A DNA stretch of 64,000 nt from Candidatus Binatia bacterium (GTDB lineage: Bacteria; Desulfobacterota; Binatia; Bin18), in contig OY761159.2 in NCBI GenBank assembly GCA_963664395.2, positions 3,776,001-3,840,000 on the forward strand, read 5' to 3'. Under the pieces are notes generated by a model. It did no database searches and had not been told where the DNA came from. It saw only the letters and a list, made by a program, of their open reading frames with translations. Position numbers and translations under genes: made by a program. How positions within the stretch are numbered: position 1 is the first letter of the stretch; each line of letters starts with the position of its first letter. This document shows, piece after piece, positions 21,399 to 30,528 of this stretch.

Positions 21399-22201
21399 CA
21401 AGTATGCCCACTTCGGCCTTTGCTCTCCAACACATCCGCTACACACCTGATAATACGCTGATTCTGGATGATGTCTCGATCGACGTGTCCCCCGGACAAT
21501 GGGTTGGTATCCTCGGTCCCAATGGGGCCGGGAAATCAACGCTCCTGCGTATCATGGCTGGTGTGTTACCGGCTTCGGCTGGGGTGGTGCTGTTTGCCGG
21601 AAAGGCGCTGGAGCAGTGGTCCGGCCGGGAACGTGCCAGGCAGGTCGCCTTTCTCCCGCAGCGCACTGACTTGTCTTTCCCCTTTCAAGTCCGAGAAGTT
21701 GTGGCCCTGGGTCGCTCGCCCTATCTTGAGCGCTGGCAAAGCGAAGGCGTGGAAGACGAGGAGATCATTGAGCAGGCCATGCAGCTCACCGAAATATCTC
21801 AGCTTGCCGACCGGAATGTGCTTACCTTGTCGGCTGGCGAATTCCAACGGGTGATGCTCGCGCGCGTGCTGGCGCAAAAACCTGCCTTTCTCCTGCTTGA
21901 CGAACCAACAACGAATTTGGATATGCGGCATCAGTTTGCGGTCGTTGACGTCCTGACCTCGTGCGTTCAACACGGGACTACTGTAGTGAGCGTACTCCAT
22001 GACTTGAACCTGGCGGCGTCTGCCTGTGCCTCTGTCGTGCTGCTCCAGGCCGGACGGGTCCATGCGGCCGGCACGCCCCGGGCTGTCTTGACTGTTGACG
22101 CCATCCGCGCTGTGTATGATGTAGATATCGCGTTAGGGGAAAACCCGGAGACGGGGGCACTCCAAATTATTCCGCTTCGCGCTGCCCGGTCTTCTAGCTG
22201 A
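21395..22201 (+). CDS. btuD: ABC transporter ATP-binding protein (BtuD/FepC-like)
   Basis: GPNGAGKST, LSAGE, LLLDEPT, HDLNLA. Confidence 0.85.
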   Translation: MTSMPTSAFALQHIRYTPDNTLILDDVSIDVSPGQWVGILGPNGAGKSTLLRIMAGVLPASAGVVLFAGKALEQWSGRERARQVAFLPQRTDLSFPFQVREVVALGRSPYLERWQSEGVEDEEIIEQAMQLTEISQLADRNVLTLSAGEFQRVMLARVLAQKPAFLLLDEPTTNLDMRHQFAVVDVLTSCVQHGTTVVSVLHDLNLAASACASVVLLQAGRVHAAGTPRAVLTVDAIRAVYDVDIALGENPETGALQIIPLRAARSSS

Positions 22202-22283
22202 ACAGGGCCGCGCCTCGGATTCGGACCGTTTCGACCTCGGCTGGAAGCACGACCAAGGACGCCGGTATCAGTGAGGAGGACTC

Positions 22284-22784
22284 ATGGACCCACTGCCGTC
22301 TGACAAACTCGTTCACCCGCCCAAACCGCACCCGCGGCTGCTACAGCGGCTCGAATTTCTGGTCGGACGCTTTCAAGGCGAGGGGAGCTACTCGAAAGGC
22401 AGTCGGCGATTTCACAAAGATGTGGTCGGAGCGTGGGAAGCTGGCGGTCAATTTCTTTCCCTGCGCATGCGGGTGGTCTACCCCTTCAAAGATGGCCTTT
22501 TAGACGTGCACGAAGCCTGTGTGATGGTAGGCTTTCATGCTACGAGCCAACAGCTCGAAGCCCGCGCCTACACGGATGGGGGAGGGCTGGTTGACTACGA
22601 GCTGACCTACGATGGACACAGCCTCTCTTTCCCGGACCGCCCACCTGAGCATCAGTCTCATGCCAAGCGGGCGCGGAAGATTCTGAGTCCGCACGAAACC
22701 GGTTTTGAAGAGCGGCTTGAGGTTGATTATGGGACAGGTGCATTTGAGCCGTATGCGCTCGTTCTGATGCAGCGACAAGGATAA
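22284..22784 (+). CDS. Hypothetical beta-barrel (lipocalin/nitrobindin-like) protein
   Basis: LEFLVGRFQGEG start motif; RBS GAGGAGG. Confidence 0.55.
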   Translation: MDPLPSDKLVHPPKPHPRLLQRLEFLVGRFQGEGSYSKGSRRFHKDVVGAWEAGGQFLSLRMRVVYPFKDGLLDVHEACVMVGFHATSQQLEARAYTDGGGLVDYELTYDGHSLSFPDRPPEHQSHAKRARKILSPHETGFEERLEVDYGTGAFEPYALVLMQRQG

Positions 22785-23020
22785 CGCTATTCAGGAATGC
22801 GTTTTTCATTCTTGCTGTAATGGCTCTGTCCTTGATTTGGCCCTGTATTCAGCAGTGAAATTCCGATAACGAGTACCCGCTGCGGTGCGTCAGGGGCCTT
22901 GCCCGTCCTGGTAGGACTGGTAGTTGATAGGGGCAAATGAGACAGCTCTTTCAGTCACCGTACCTGACCATGTTCATACCACTGGATAGAATCTAGGGCA
23001 GGTGTTGGAAAGGAGAAGGA

Positions 23021-23521
23021 ATGTTACATCATCAATTGAAATATGTCGTTCTGAGTGTGCTCGTTCTGCTTGTCGCCGGCTGCGCGCCCGCACCGGCGGA
23101 AGACCCCATATCTCAATTGAAGGCGCGAAACGTGAAATATAGTGAAAAGACGTTTCGGAGCCGGGCGCAGATGGGTGATCTGAAATCTGTACAGCTTATG
23201 CTCGAAGCTGGCATGGACCCGAATGTCGCGGGGGCGTATGGAGAAACGGCTCTCCGGTATGCCGCGTCGAATGGCAAGATCGAAATTGTCAATGCGTTGC
23301 TCGAAGCGGGGGCGGATGTCAACATTGAAGATAAGGACGGATTCACACCGCTGCGCTATGCGGCATACAACGGCCATAGGGATATCGTTGAGGCCCTATT
23401 AGCGAAAGGGGCCGACGTGAATGGTAGAAGTGGAGATGGCTGGACGCCTGAGGTAGTCGCTATGGGCCGGGGCTATCCTGAGATCGTTCGGCTCCTCAAA
23501 GAGGCGCAGTCGCAAGGGTAA
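23021..23521 (+). CDS. Ankyrin-repeat lipoprotein
   Basis: Lipobox VAGC; GETALRYAA, GFTPLRYAA, GWTP ankyrin repeats. Confidence 0.9.
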   Translation: MLHHQLKYVVLSVLVLLVAGCAPAPAEDPISQLKARNVKYSEKTFRSRAQMGDLKSVQLMLEAGMDPNVAGAYGETALRYAASNGKIEIVNALLEAGADVNIEDKDGFTPLRYAAYNGHRDIVEALLAKGADVNGRSGDGWTPEVVAMGRGYPEIVRLLKEAQSQG

Positions 23522-23614
23522 TACCTGAACAATAAGAGGGGCGGGACACCTGCATCTCCGCATTGACCCTCTTTCGTTTTTTCTTCTTCCCTTGCGGGGA
23601 ATAGTATTGCCCCT

Positions 23615-24628
23615 ATGGACCCGCACGAACAACGTATTCAAACCATTTGCTTGCTCATTGTAAGTACTGTGGCTGTGGCTGCGGCCCTGTATTGGCTGCG
23701 GCCCGTTCTGGTACCCTTTGTCTTGGCCGTTTTTATTGCCTGCGGTCTGCTTCCTCTGGTCGAATTCCAGGTCCATCACCTGCGTCTGCCACATCTCGTC
23801 GCGGTGGGTTCAACCCTGATTATCGGAGTGGTGATCCTCGGTAGCCTTGGCCTGCTCATCTCAACCTCGGTGAGTCAATTACAAGCGAATGCCGATGTCT
23901 ACCAGCAACAAATCGAGCTGCTCATTGCAAAAATTTCGTCTCTCCTCCCAGCCAGTACGCTTCGCACTGAAGGAAACCCGTTCACACAATTACCTCTTGG
24001 CAACGTCAGTAGCGTGCTCCTGCATACCACGAATGCCATAGTCGGCCTGATATCGCAGGGGTTGCTCGTCCTGATTTTTGTCTTGTATCTGCTGCTTGGC
24101 GGTGCGTGGCAAAACGGGGAAACTGGTGGTACCTGGGCGGAGATTAAGGCGCGGGTCGAACACTACATAGTGACCAAGGCTCTGATTTCGCTTGCCACCG
24201 GAGTCCTGGTTGGGCTCACCCTGGCTGTCCTCGGCATCGATCTGGCACTTGTCTTTGGTTTGCTCGCATTTCTGCTCAATTTCATTCCTAGCGTGGGGTC
24301 GATTATAGCGACCTTACTCCCCTTGCCCGTTGTCGTCGTGAGCCCGGATATCTCGGCCACAACCGCAACCCTGGCTATTCTCCTACCGGGCCTGATTCAA
24401 ATCGTTATCGGCAATATCATCGAACCCAAGGTCATGGGGGAAGCACTCGACCTGCATCCGATCGTCATTCTCATGACCTTGATCGTGTGGGGCATGCTGT
24501 GGGGTGTTGTCGGCATGCTGCTGGCAACGCCAATGACAGCTATTCTTAAAATTCTGTTTGAGAAGCTCGAACCCACGGCTCCGGTCGCCCAGGTTTTAGC
24601 CGGACGGCTCGACAGGCTTCGCTCGTGA
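23615..24628 (+). CDS. AI-2E family transporter
   Basis: LNFIPSVG, IEPKVMG..LDLHP, WGMLWGVVGMLLATP. Confidence 0.9.
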   Translation: MDPHEQRIQTICLLIVSTVAVAAALYWLRPVLVPFVLAVFIACGLLPLVEFQVHHLRLPHLVAVGSTLIIGVVILGSLGLLISTSVSQLQANADVYQQQIELLIAKISSLLPASTLRTEGNPFTQLPLGNVSSVLLHTTNAIVGLISQGLLVLIFVLYLLLGGAWQNGETGGTWAEIKARVEHYIVTKALISLATGVLVGLTLAVLGIDLALVFGLLAFLLNFIPSVGSIIATLLPLPVVVVSPDISATTATLAILLPGLIQIVIGNIIEPKVMGEALDLHPIVILMTLIVWGMLWGVVGMLLATPMTAILKILFEKLEPTAPVAQVLAGRLDRLRS

Positions 24629-24686
24629 GGGTGGGCTGGAAGAACGGGGGTGCCTCTACACACTCCTCGGGAGGGGACTCACCAAC

Positions 24687-27600
24687 ATGCATAAATATAA
24701 CGGACGCTATTGCTACAGCCCGACAGACCTGAACGAATTTATTGTCTCACCGTTTGCGACGTGGATGTCGCGCTATGCCCTGGACTATTCTGACGATCTG
24801 GCTCAGCCTGACCCCGAACCGCTGCTACTGACCACACTGGCCGAACGGGGACGCCAGCATGAACAGGCATGTCTGGCGCAGCTTCAACAAGAGGGCCATG
24901 AGATATATACGCCGCCTGCCGGCCGGAACCAAGCTGAGCGGGTTCAGGCCACAATAGCGGCAATGCAGGCCGGCCGCGAAGTCATTTATCAGGGCTACCT
25001 GTATCAGGGCTACCTGTATCAGGGCTGCCTGCAAAACCACCCGGTCCGAAACGCTCCGCACGATGACGCTCCACCCGCTTATCTGCTCGGCCAGCCCGAC
25101 TTTCTGGTGCGGACTGATGGTGCGTCTGCTCTGGGCAACTATCGCTACGAAGTGTGGGATGCCAAATTGGCCATGCAGCCGAGTCCGGCGTTTATGATTC
25201 AACTCTGCTGCTATGCCGATATGCTGCGGACAGCTCAGGAGCGGTGGCCGGATTCGATAGTCCTCTGGCTCGGTTCTGGTGAACGGCGCCGCTTTCGGAC
25301 CGCTGACTTTATCTACTACTACCTGGTCCTGAAACGTGTCTTTCTTGCCTACATGCAGCATTTTGATCCGGATGTTCAACCCAGCCCGGAGCTTGGCGGA
25401 GACTACGGCCGTTGGACTTCACACGCCGCACAGCTGCTTGAGAGAGCAGACCATCTGAGCCGGGTAGCCAATATCAGCGTGAGCCAGATTCAGAAACTTA
25501 ACGCGGCCGGCATCCCTACGCTCACGTCCCTGGCAGAGTCTGCGCTGAGGCATGTCCCAAGAGTTGATGACGCCGTTTTTGCCCGGCTCAAAGAACAGGC
25601 GCAGTTGCAATCTGCCTCAGTCGGTGCCGAACAGCCTGCCTATCGGATTCTTATACCTGACCCGCCGTCACAGCGTCGCGGATTGGCATTGCTGCCTCCG
25701 GCATCTCCGGGCGATATTTTTTTTGACATGGAGGGCTATCCGCTGGTGAAAGGCGGGCTGGAATATCTCTTTGGCGCGCTTTCGCTCAATGACGGTCTGT
25801 TCCACGACTGGTGGGCGCATACCAGCGATCAAGAACGGCAGGCCTTTTGTGGTTTTATCGATTGGGCCTACGCCCGCTGGCAGGCCGACCCCACTATGCA
25901 CATTTACCATTACGCCAATTATGAGGTGGCTGCGCTGCGGCGGTTGATGGGCCGCTATGGCAGCCGAGAAGCCGAAGTTGATATGCTCCTCCGCCACGAA
26001 GTCTGTGTGGACGTATACGCCGTTGTCCGGCACGGCGTACGGGTCGGCGAGCCGCACTATTCGATCAAAAACCTTGAGCATTTATACCGGCCCGCACGGG
26101 CGGGAGAGGTGACGAGTGCTGTTGACTCAATCGCTGCCTACGAACACTGGCTGGCCAGTGGCGAAGCGCAAGACTGGTCAGCCTCTCCGCTGCTCCAAGC
26201 GATCCGCGCCTATAACCGAGATGACTGTGAGTCAACGTGGCAACTGACCTGTTGGCTCCGAGAGCGCCAGCAGGAAGCCGGAATTGCCTGGATACCGAAA
26301 CAGGCCGAGCCCCTGGAAGTTTCGGAAGTACCAGACCCCCTCGCCGACCCGGCCTCTCCCCAAGCCCTCGCCCAGACTCTGCTGGCGGAAATACCGCCAG
26401 CCCCGGAACGACACGCAGAAGCCGCGCGTTGGCAGACACAAGAGCTGCTTGGACACATGCTTGAATTTCACCGTCGGGAAGCGAAACCGAGTTGGTGGGC
26501 GATGTTTGACCGGCACGCCATGACTGAAGAAGAGCTTGTGCAAGACATCAACTGCCTGGGCGGTTTAACGCGGCTCTCACAGCCACCGGAACCAATCAAG
26601 CGCTCTCAAGGCTTTTGGTATGGCTTTGATCCTCATCAAGATACCAAGCTGGATGTAGGCGCACAGTGCTATTTTGCCCATGATCTTGAGGTGAAAGTAC
26701 CCATCCATGCCTTGGACCGGGAACGGGGACGTATCTGTCTCAAATTCGGTCCAAGTCGGCTGAAGCAGTTCTCGAACAGGCTGCCACCAGACTCGCTTGC
26801 TCTGATTCCGGATGAGTACGTCTCCGCTCAGGTGATTGAAGACGCCGTCCTGGATATCGTACAAGCCTGGCAGGAAAAGAACGACCTCCCAGCCGCCCTG
26901 CATGACTTTATCCTGCGTCGGCCCCCACGCTTGCAGCAACGTCGCAATCACGCTGACGACACGGCGCTGGTTGCCCCGGACACAGACCTCTCAGCCGCAG
27001 CAATCCAGCTCGCTGAAGTCCTTGATCATTCGACCCTGTGCGTACAAGGGCCACCCGGGAGTGGAAAAACGACCATTGCCGCGCGTATGATTCTTACGCT
27101 TTTGGACCAGGGGAAACGTATCGGCATCACCGCCAATAGCCACGCTGCAATTCTGAACCTCATGCGTACGTGTAAGGAGCTGCGTCAGGGACAACTCGCG
27201 TGTGTCAAAATCGGGGGATCAGCGCAGGGTCGTTTCTTTGAGTTGTGTCCCGAAGCGCGCTATGTCCCGCGCGTGCGAGATGTATTTTCACACCTGGAGC
27301 AGTTCCGGCTCATTGGTGGGACAGCCTGGGCTTTTAGCGATCCCGGGTTGCGGGGCAGGCTTGACTATCTCTTTGTGGACGAGGCCGGCCAGGTGTCTGT
27401 GGCTAATCTCATTGGCATGGCAGCGGCTACGAGCAATATCATTTTATTTGGCGATCAAATGCAGTTGGGTCAGCCCATCCAAGGCTCTCACCCTGGAGAA
27501 AGTGGGCTGTCCATTCTCGAATATCTGCTCCAGGGGAAGGCGACCATACCGCCCGATATGGGTGTGTTCTTAGGGACAACGTGGCGGCTGCATCCTGAGA

Positions 27601-28232
27601 TCTGTGGTTTTTTATCTGACGCGGTGTATGAAGGCCGTCTCCACGCCGCCCCGCACACAGTCAAGCGCCGGGTGTGTGTCCCGCAATCAGAGACCTGTAC
27701 TATTACTCAAGAAGCCGGTCTGGTTTTCGTCCCTGTTACACACGAAGGCAATACGCAAGGCAGTGACGAGGAAGTGCAGACTATTTGCACGGTCGTTGCT
27801 GAACTCCTTGGCCGGGACCTGACTGATACGAGCGGGCAGCGTGTGCGGCAATTGGAGCTGTCCGATATTTTGTGCGTTGCGCCGTACAATATGCAGGTCC
27901 GAAAACTCCAGGCCACTTTGGGACCGGATGCCAGGGTCGGTTCAGTCGATAAATTTCAGGGCCAGGAAGCGCCGGTCGTCATTCTCTCCATGTGCGCCAG
28001 TCAGGGCGACACGTCTCCACGCGGGATAGACTTTCTGTTTCACAAAAATCGGCTCAACGTGGCACTCTCACGCGCGCAGAGTCTGGCCATCGTTGTTGCC
28101 AGTCCGGCCCTGGCCCAGACCCGCTGTCGGTCACTGGCCCACATGGAACAGGTGAATCTGTTTTGTCGCGTGATGGAGGAGGGAAAACAACAAAACGTGG
28201 CCGACTCGTCTTCCTCTTCATTTGCTGGTTAG
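24687..28232 (+). CDS. TM0106 family RecB-like nuclease / RNase H-like / SF1 helicase fusion
   Basis: GQPDFL..DAK..QLCCY nuclease; FFDMEG, YNRDD; QGPPGSGKT, VDEAGQ, GDQMQL, VDKFQGQE, NRLNVALSRA. Confidence 0.9.
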   Translation: MHKYNGRYCYSPTDLNEFIVSPFATWMSRYALDYSDDLAQPDPEPLLLTTLAERGRQHEQACLAQLQQEGHEIYTPPAGRNQAERVQATIAAMQAGREVIYQGYLYQGYLYQGCLQNHPVRNAPHDDAPPAYLLGQPDFLVRTDGASALGNYRYEVWDAKLAMQPSPAFMIQLCCYADMLRTAQERWPDSIVLWLGSGERRRFRTADFIYYYLVLKRVFLAYMQHFDPDVQPSPELGGDYGRWTSHAAQLLERADHLSRVANISVSQIQKLNAAGIPTLTSLAESALRHVPRVDDAVFARLKEQAQLQSASVGAEQPAYRILIPDPPSQRRGLALLPPASPGDIFFDMEGYPLVKGGLEYLFGALSLNDGLFHDWWAHTSDQERQAFCGFIDWAYARWQADPTMHIYHYANYEVAALRRLMGRYGSREAEVDMLLRHEVCVDVYAVVRHGVRVGEPHYSIKNLEHLYRPARAGEVTSAVDSIAAYEHWLASGEAQDWSASPLLQAIRAYNRDDCESTWQLTCWLRERQQEAGIAWIPKQAEPLEVSEVPDPLADPASPQALAQTLLAEIPPAPERHAEAARWQTQELLGHMLEFHRREAKPSWWAMFDRHAMTEEELVQDINCLGGLTRLSQPPEPIKRSQGFWYGFDPHQDTKLDVGAQCYFAHDLEVKVPIHALDRERGRICLKFGPSRLKQFSNRLPPDSLALIPDEYVSAQVIEDAVLDIVQAWQEKNDLPAALHDFILRRPPRLQQRRNHADDTALVAPDTDLSAAAIQLAEVLDHSTLCVQGPPGSGKTTIAARMILTLLDQGKRIGITANSHAAILNLMRTCKELRQGQLACVKIGGSAQGRFFELCPEARYVPRVRDVFSHLEQFRLIGGTAWAFSDPGLRGRLDYLFVDEAGQVSVANLIGMAAATSNIILFGDQMQLGQPIQGSHPGESGLSILEYLLQGKATIPPDMGVFLGTTWRLHPEICGFLSDAVYEGRLHAAPHTVKRRVCVPQSETCTITQEAGLVFVPVTHEGNTQGSDEEVQTICTVVAELLGRDLTDTSGQRVRQLELSDILCVAPYNMQVRKLQATLGPDARVGSVDKFQGQEAPVVILSMCASQGDTSPRGIDFLFHKNRLNVALSRAQSLAIVVASPALAQTRCRSLAHMEQVNLFCRVMEEGKQQNVADSSSSSFAG

Positions 28233-28402
28233 TCCTCGGGATCGCCCAGCTGCTTCTCCCACGCCATTTTCGCTACATACAGAAACACACCGCCGATGCC
28301 TACCAAGACAAGACCCTTGAGATCGCCCTGACGCAGATAATCAAAGCTCTGCATAAAGCACAGAAAACTGCCGACCACGAGTCCGATGGCTGTCCCCTTC
28401 AT
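28229..28402 (-). CDS. Small two-TM membrane protein (57 aa, absent from ORF track)
   Basis: GGAGGGAG RBS; MKGTAIGLVVGSFLCFMQSFDYLRQGDLKGLVLVGIGGVFLYVAKMAWEKQLGDPED*. Confidence 0.6.
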   Translation of the reverse strand: MKGTAIGLVVGSFLCFMQSFDYLRQGDLKGLVLVGIGGVFLYVAKMAWEKQLGDPED

Positions 28403-28550
28403 GGCTCAACTCCCTCCAGCCGGAGATACGAGTATCCTCATCTCATACGGGATGAGCCGCCGTCAAGCCTGGGTCAAGTCCAGGTCTGGAGGGAGCGGTA
28501 TGCCGAAGCGGGGTGAGGGGCAGGCGCGAAGCCGTATGCATAGTCCGCGC

Positions 28551-29999
28551 TCACTCGTTTGACACCGCTCGACACGCCGCCCGAATATCCTCCAGACACA
28601 TCTCCATGCGATCCTGGTGGGTCCGAAAACATAAGGCACAGATACGGAGGGCAAACCGGTCGCCCAGCATCGTGCCGGTCAGCAGGACTCGTTTGCGGGC
28701 ATTAATGGCTTCAAGCCAGATGTGATTCAGCTCGTTGAGCGCCGGAGCATCTAATCCAGGTCGGTTCAGCCGAAAGGCGACAATGGATAATTGTGGTTCG
28801 GCAATGATTTCAATATCCGGGATTTTTTTGAGTTCCGCTGTGGCCCAGGCAGTAAGATCGAGTTTTTCATCCAGGGCCTGACGAAACGGCCGAATGCCGT
28901 GCATCTTGAGTGGCAGCCAGACGCGCAGCCCCCGAAAGTCGCGTGAGAGCTCAGGGGAGATCTGGCAGAAGTCCACACAGTCAGGATCATCCTGCATGGT
29001 CGGCAGATAGGCTGCCGCCGCACCACTATGCGCCCGCTTGAGCGCCTCGCGCTCCCGCACAAGAAGGGACCCGGTGCCAAAGGGGAGGAAGAGGCCCTTA
29101 TGCGGGTCAAGGGTAATCGAATCCGCCTGCTCAATCCCGCGTAATCGAGCCCGACCCCGCTGGGTCAGCATAAAGAAGCCACCGTACGCAGCATCAATAT
29201 GCAGCCATAGCTCTTGTTGGTGAGCAATATGAGCCAAGGCAGTGAGATCGTCTACTGCGCCCGTATTGGTTGTCCCTGCATTTCCGAGAATGAGAAACGG
29301 CGTGAGACCTGCCTGCCGGTCTGCTTCAATGTGGTGTTGTAAGGCGTCAAGGCGTATCCGGAATTGTTCGTCGGTTGGAATCTCCCGGACGTTGTGAGCG
29401 GGAAACCCGGCCAGGAGGGCCGCCTTTTGAACTGAATGGTGGGTCTGGCTGGACGTATACATGCTGCCAGCCAGAAAATTCTCGGGCAGACGCTCGCGGC
29501 GGGCGGTAAAAATGGCTGAGAAATTCGCCAATGACCCACCTGTAGTCAGAAACCCACCGGCAGAAGGCGGATAGCCAACAATAGCGCAGAACCACCGCAC
29601 GACATTGGCTTCAAGCTGGGCCAGCCCTGGGGCCGCGGCCCAGACGCCGACGTAACGATTCACTGCGTCACTAATCAAGTCAGCCACTGCGGCATGAAAA
29701 ATACCGCCACCGGGCACGTAGGCTAAATAGCCTGGTCCGGCACAGTTGAAACTGCGTGGGATGGCAGTATGGAAGAGAGAGTGCAGCAACTCGGGATAGG
29801 CTTGTCCATGCTCAGGCAGGGGTTCCCGCAAGCTGCGGGCGAGTTCGGCTCCGCCTTCGGTATGGGCTGCCGGCTGGTCCGGTAACGAGTCGATGTGGGC
29901 AATAATATGCTGCATCGCCTGGTCAACCAGGGAACGCATCTCGTCAGCCGAGGGCTCAAGAGGAAAAGTGGGATTCAAACCTATGCTACGTCCCGGCAT
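28551..29999 (-). CDS. Group II PLP-dependent (aromatic L-amino acid-like) decarboxylase
   Basis: TGGSLAN, HHSVQKAA, AGTTNTGAVD, HIDAAYGG, DPHK (PLP Lys), ELSR. Confidence 0.9.
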   Translation of the reverse strand: MPGRSIGLNPTFPLEPSADEMRSLVDQAMQHIIAHIDSLPDQPAAHTEGGAELARSLREPLPEHGQAYPELLHSLFHTAIPRSFNCAGPGYLAYVPGGGIFHAAVADLISDAVNRYVGVWAAAPGLAQLEANVVRWFCAIVGYPPSAGGFLTTGGSLANFSAIFTARRERLPENFLAGSMYTSSQTHHSVQKAALLAGFPAHNVREIPTDEQFRIRLDALQHHIEADRQAGLTPFLILGNAGTTNTGAVDDLTALAHIAHQQELWLHIDAAYGGFFMLTQRGRARLRGIEQADSITLDPHKGLFLPFGTGSLLVREREALKRAHSGAAAAYLPTMQDDPDCVDFCQISPELSRDFRGLRVWLPLKMHGIRPFRQALDEKLDLTAWATAELKKIPDIEIIAEPQLSIVAFRLNRPGLDAPALNELNHIWLEAINARKRVLLTGTMLGDRFALRICALCFRTHQDRMEMCLEDIRAACRAVSNE

Positions 30000-30528
30000 G
30001 TGGCTCGCCTTGTAATAGCATATCTACGCATTGCCGAACGGCATCCGCTGCCTTTTCGCGCAGGGTAGCCTCGGTATTGCTGGCAATGGGGTGGGGAATA
30101 ATAGCAAAAGGGTAGTCGGGTAGACCCTGGACAGTGGCCATGGCTTTGGCCGTCGGGACAAAGAGATCGGTAATAATGGCGGTGGCAACTACGCCAGCCT
30201 TTTCTGCGGTAATGGCATCGTGCAGACTGCACGATGAACAGCTGCCTCAATCACCGACCGCGGAAATGACCGCATCGCACGCTGTGAAACCTTCAATGAC
30301 GTCATCCGGAGCCGGACGGCTGGCATCCGGTTTATGCAAGCGTATGACGGTGCTGACACCGTGTTGTGAACGCAGTAATTCTTCGACGTGATCGAGCAGC
30401 GTGTCTACATTGAGCTTGCTGTTGTCGAGCAGGCCGACCGTCCGTCCGGACAGAGAGGGTAAACGGGGGACGACCTCTTCCGTTGTGTGGATACTGTCAA
30501 AAGTGGGATCAAGAACACGCAGTGTCAT
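29986..30528 (-). CDS. UGSC-family selenoprotein (180 aa, Sec at codon 94)
   Basis: AVGD-TGA-GSCSSC; frame stays open 86 codons past the TGA; hairpin CATCGTGCA-gtc-TGCACGATG 10 nt downstream. Confidence 0.85.
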
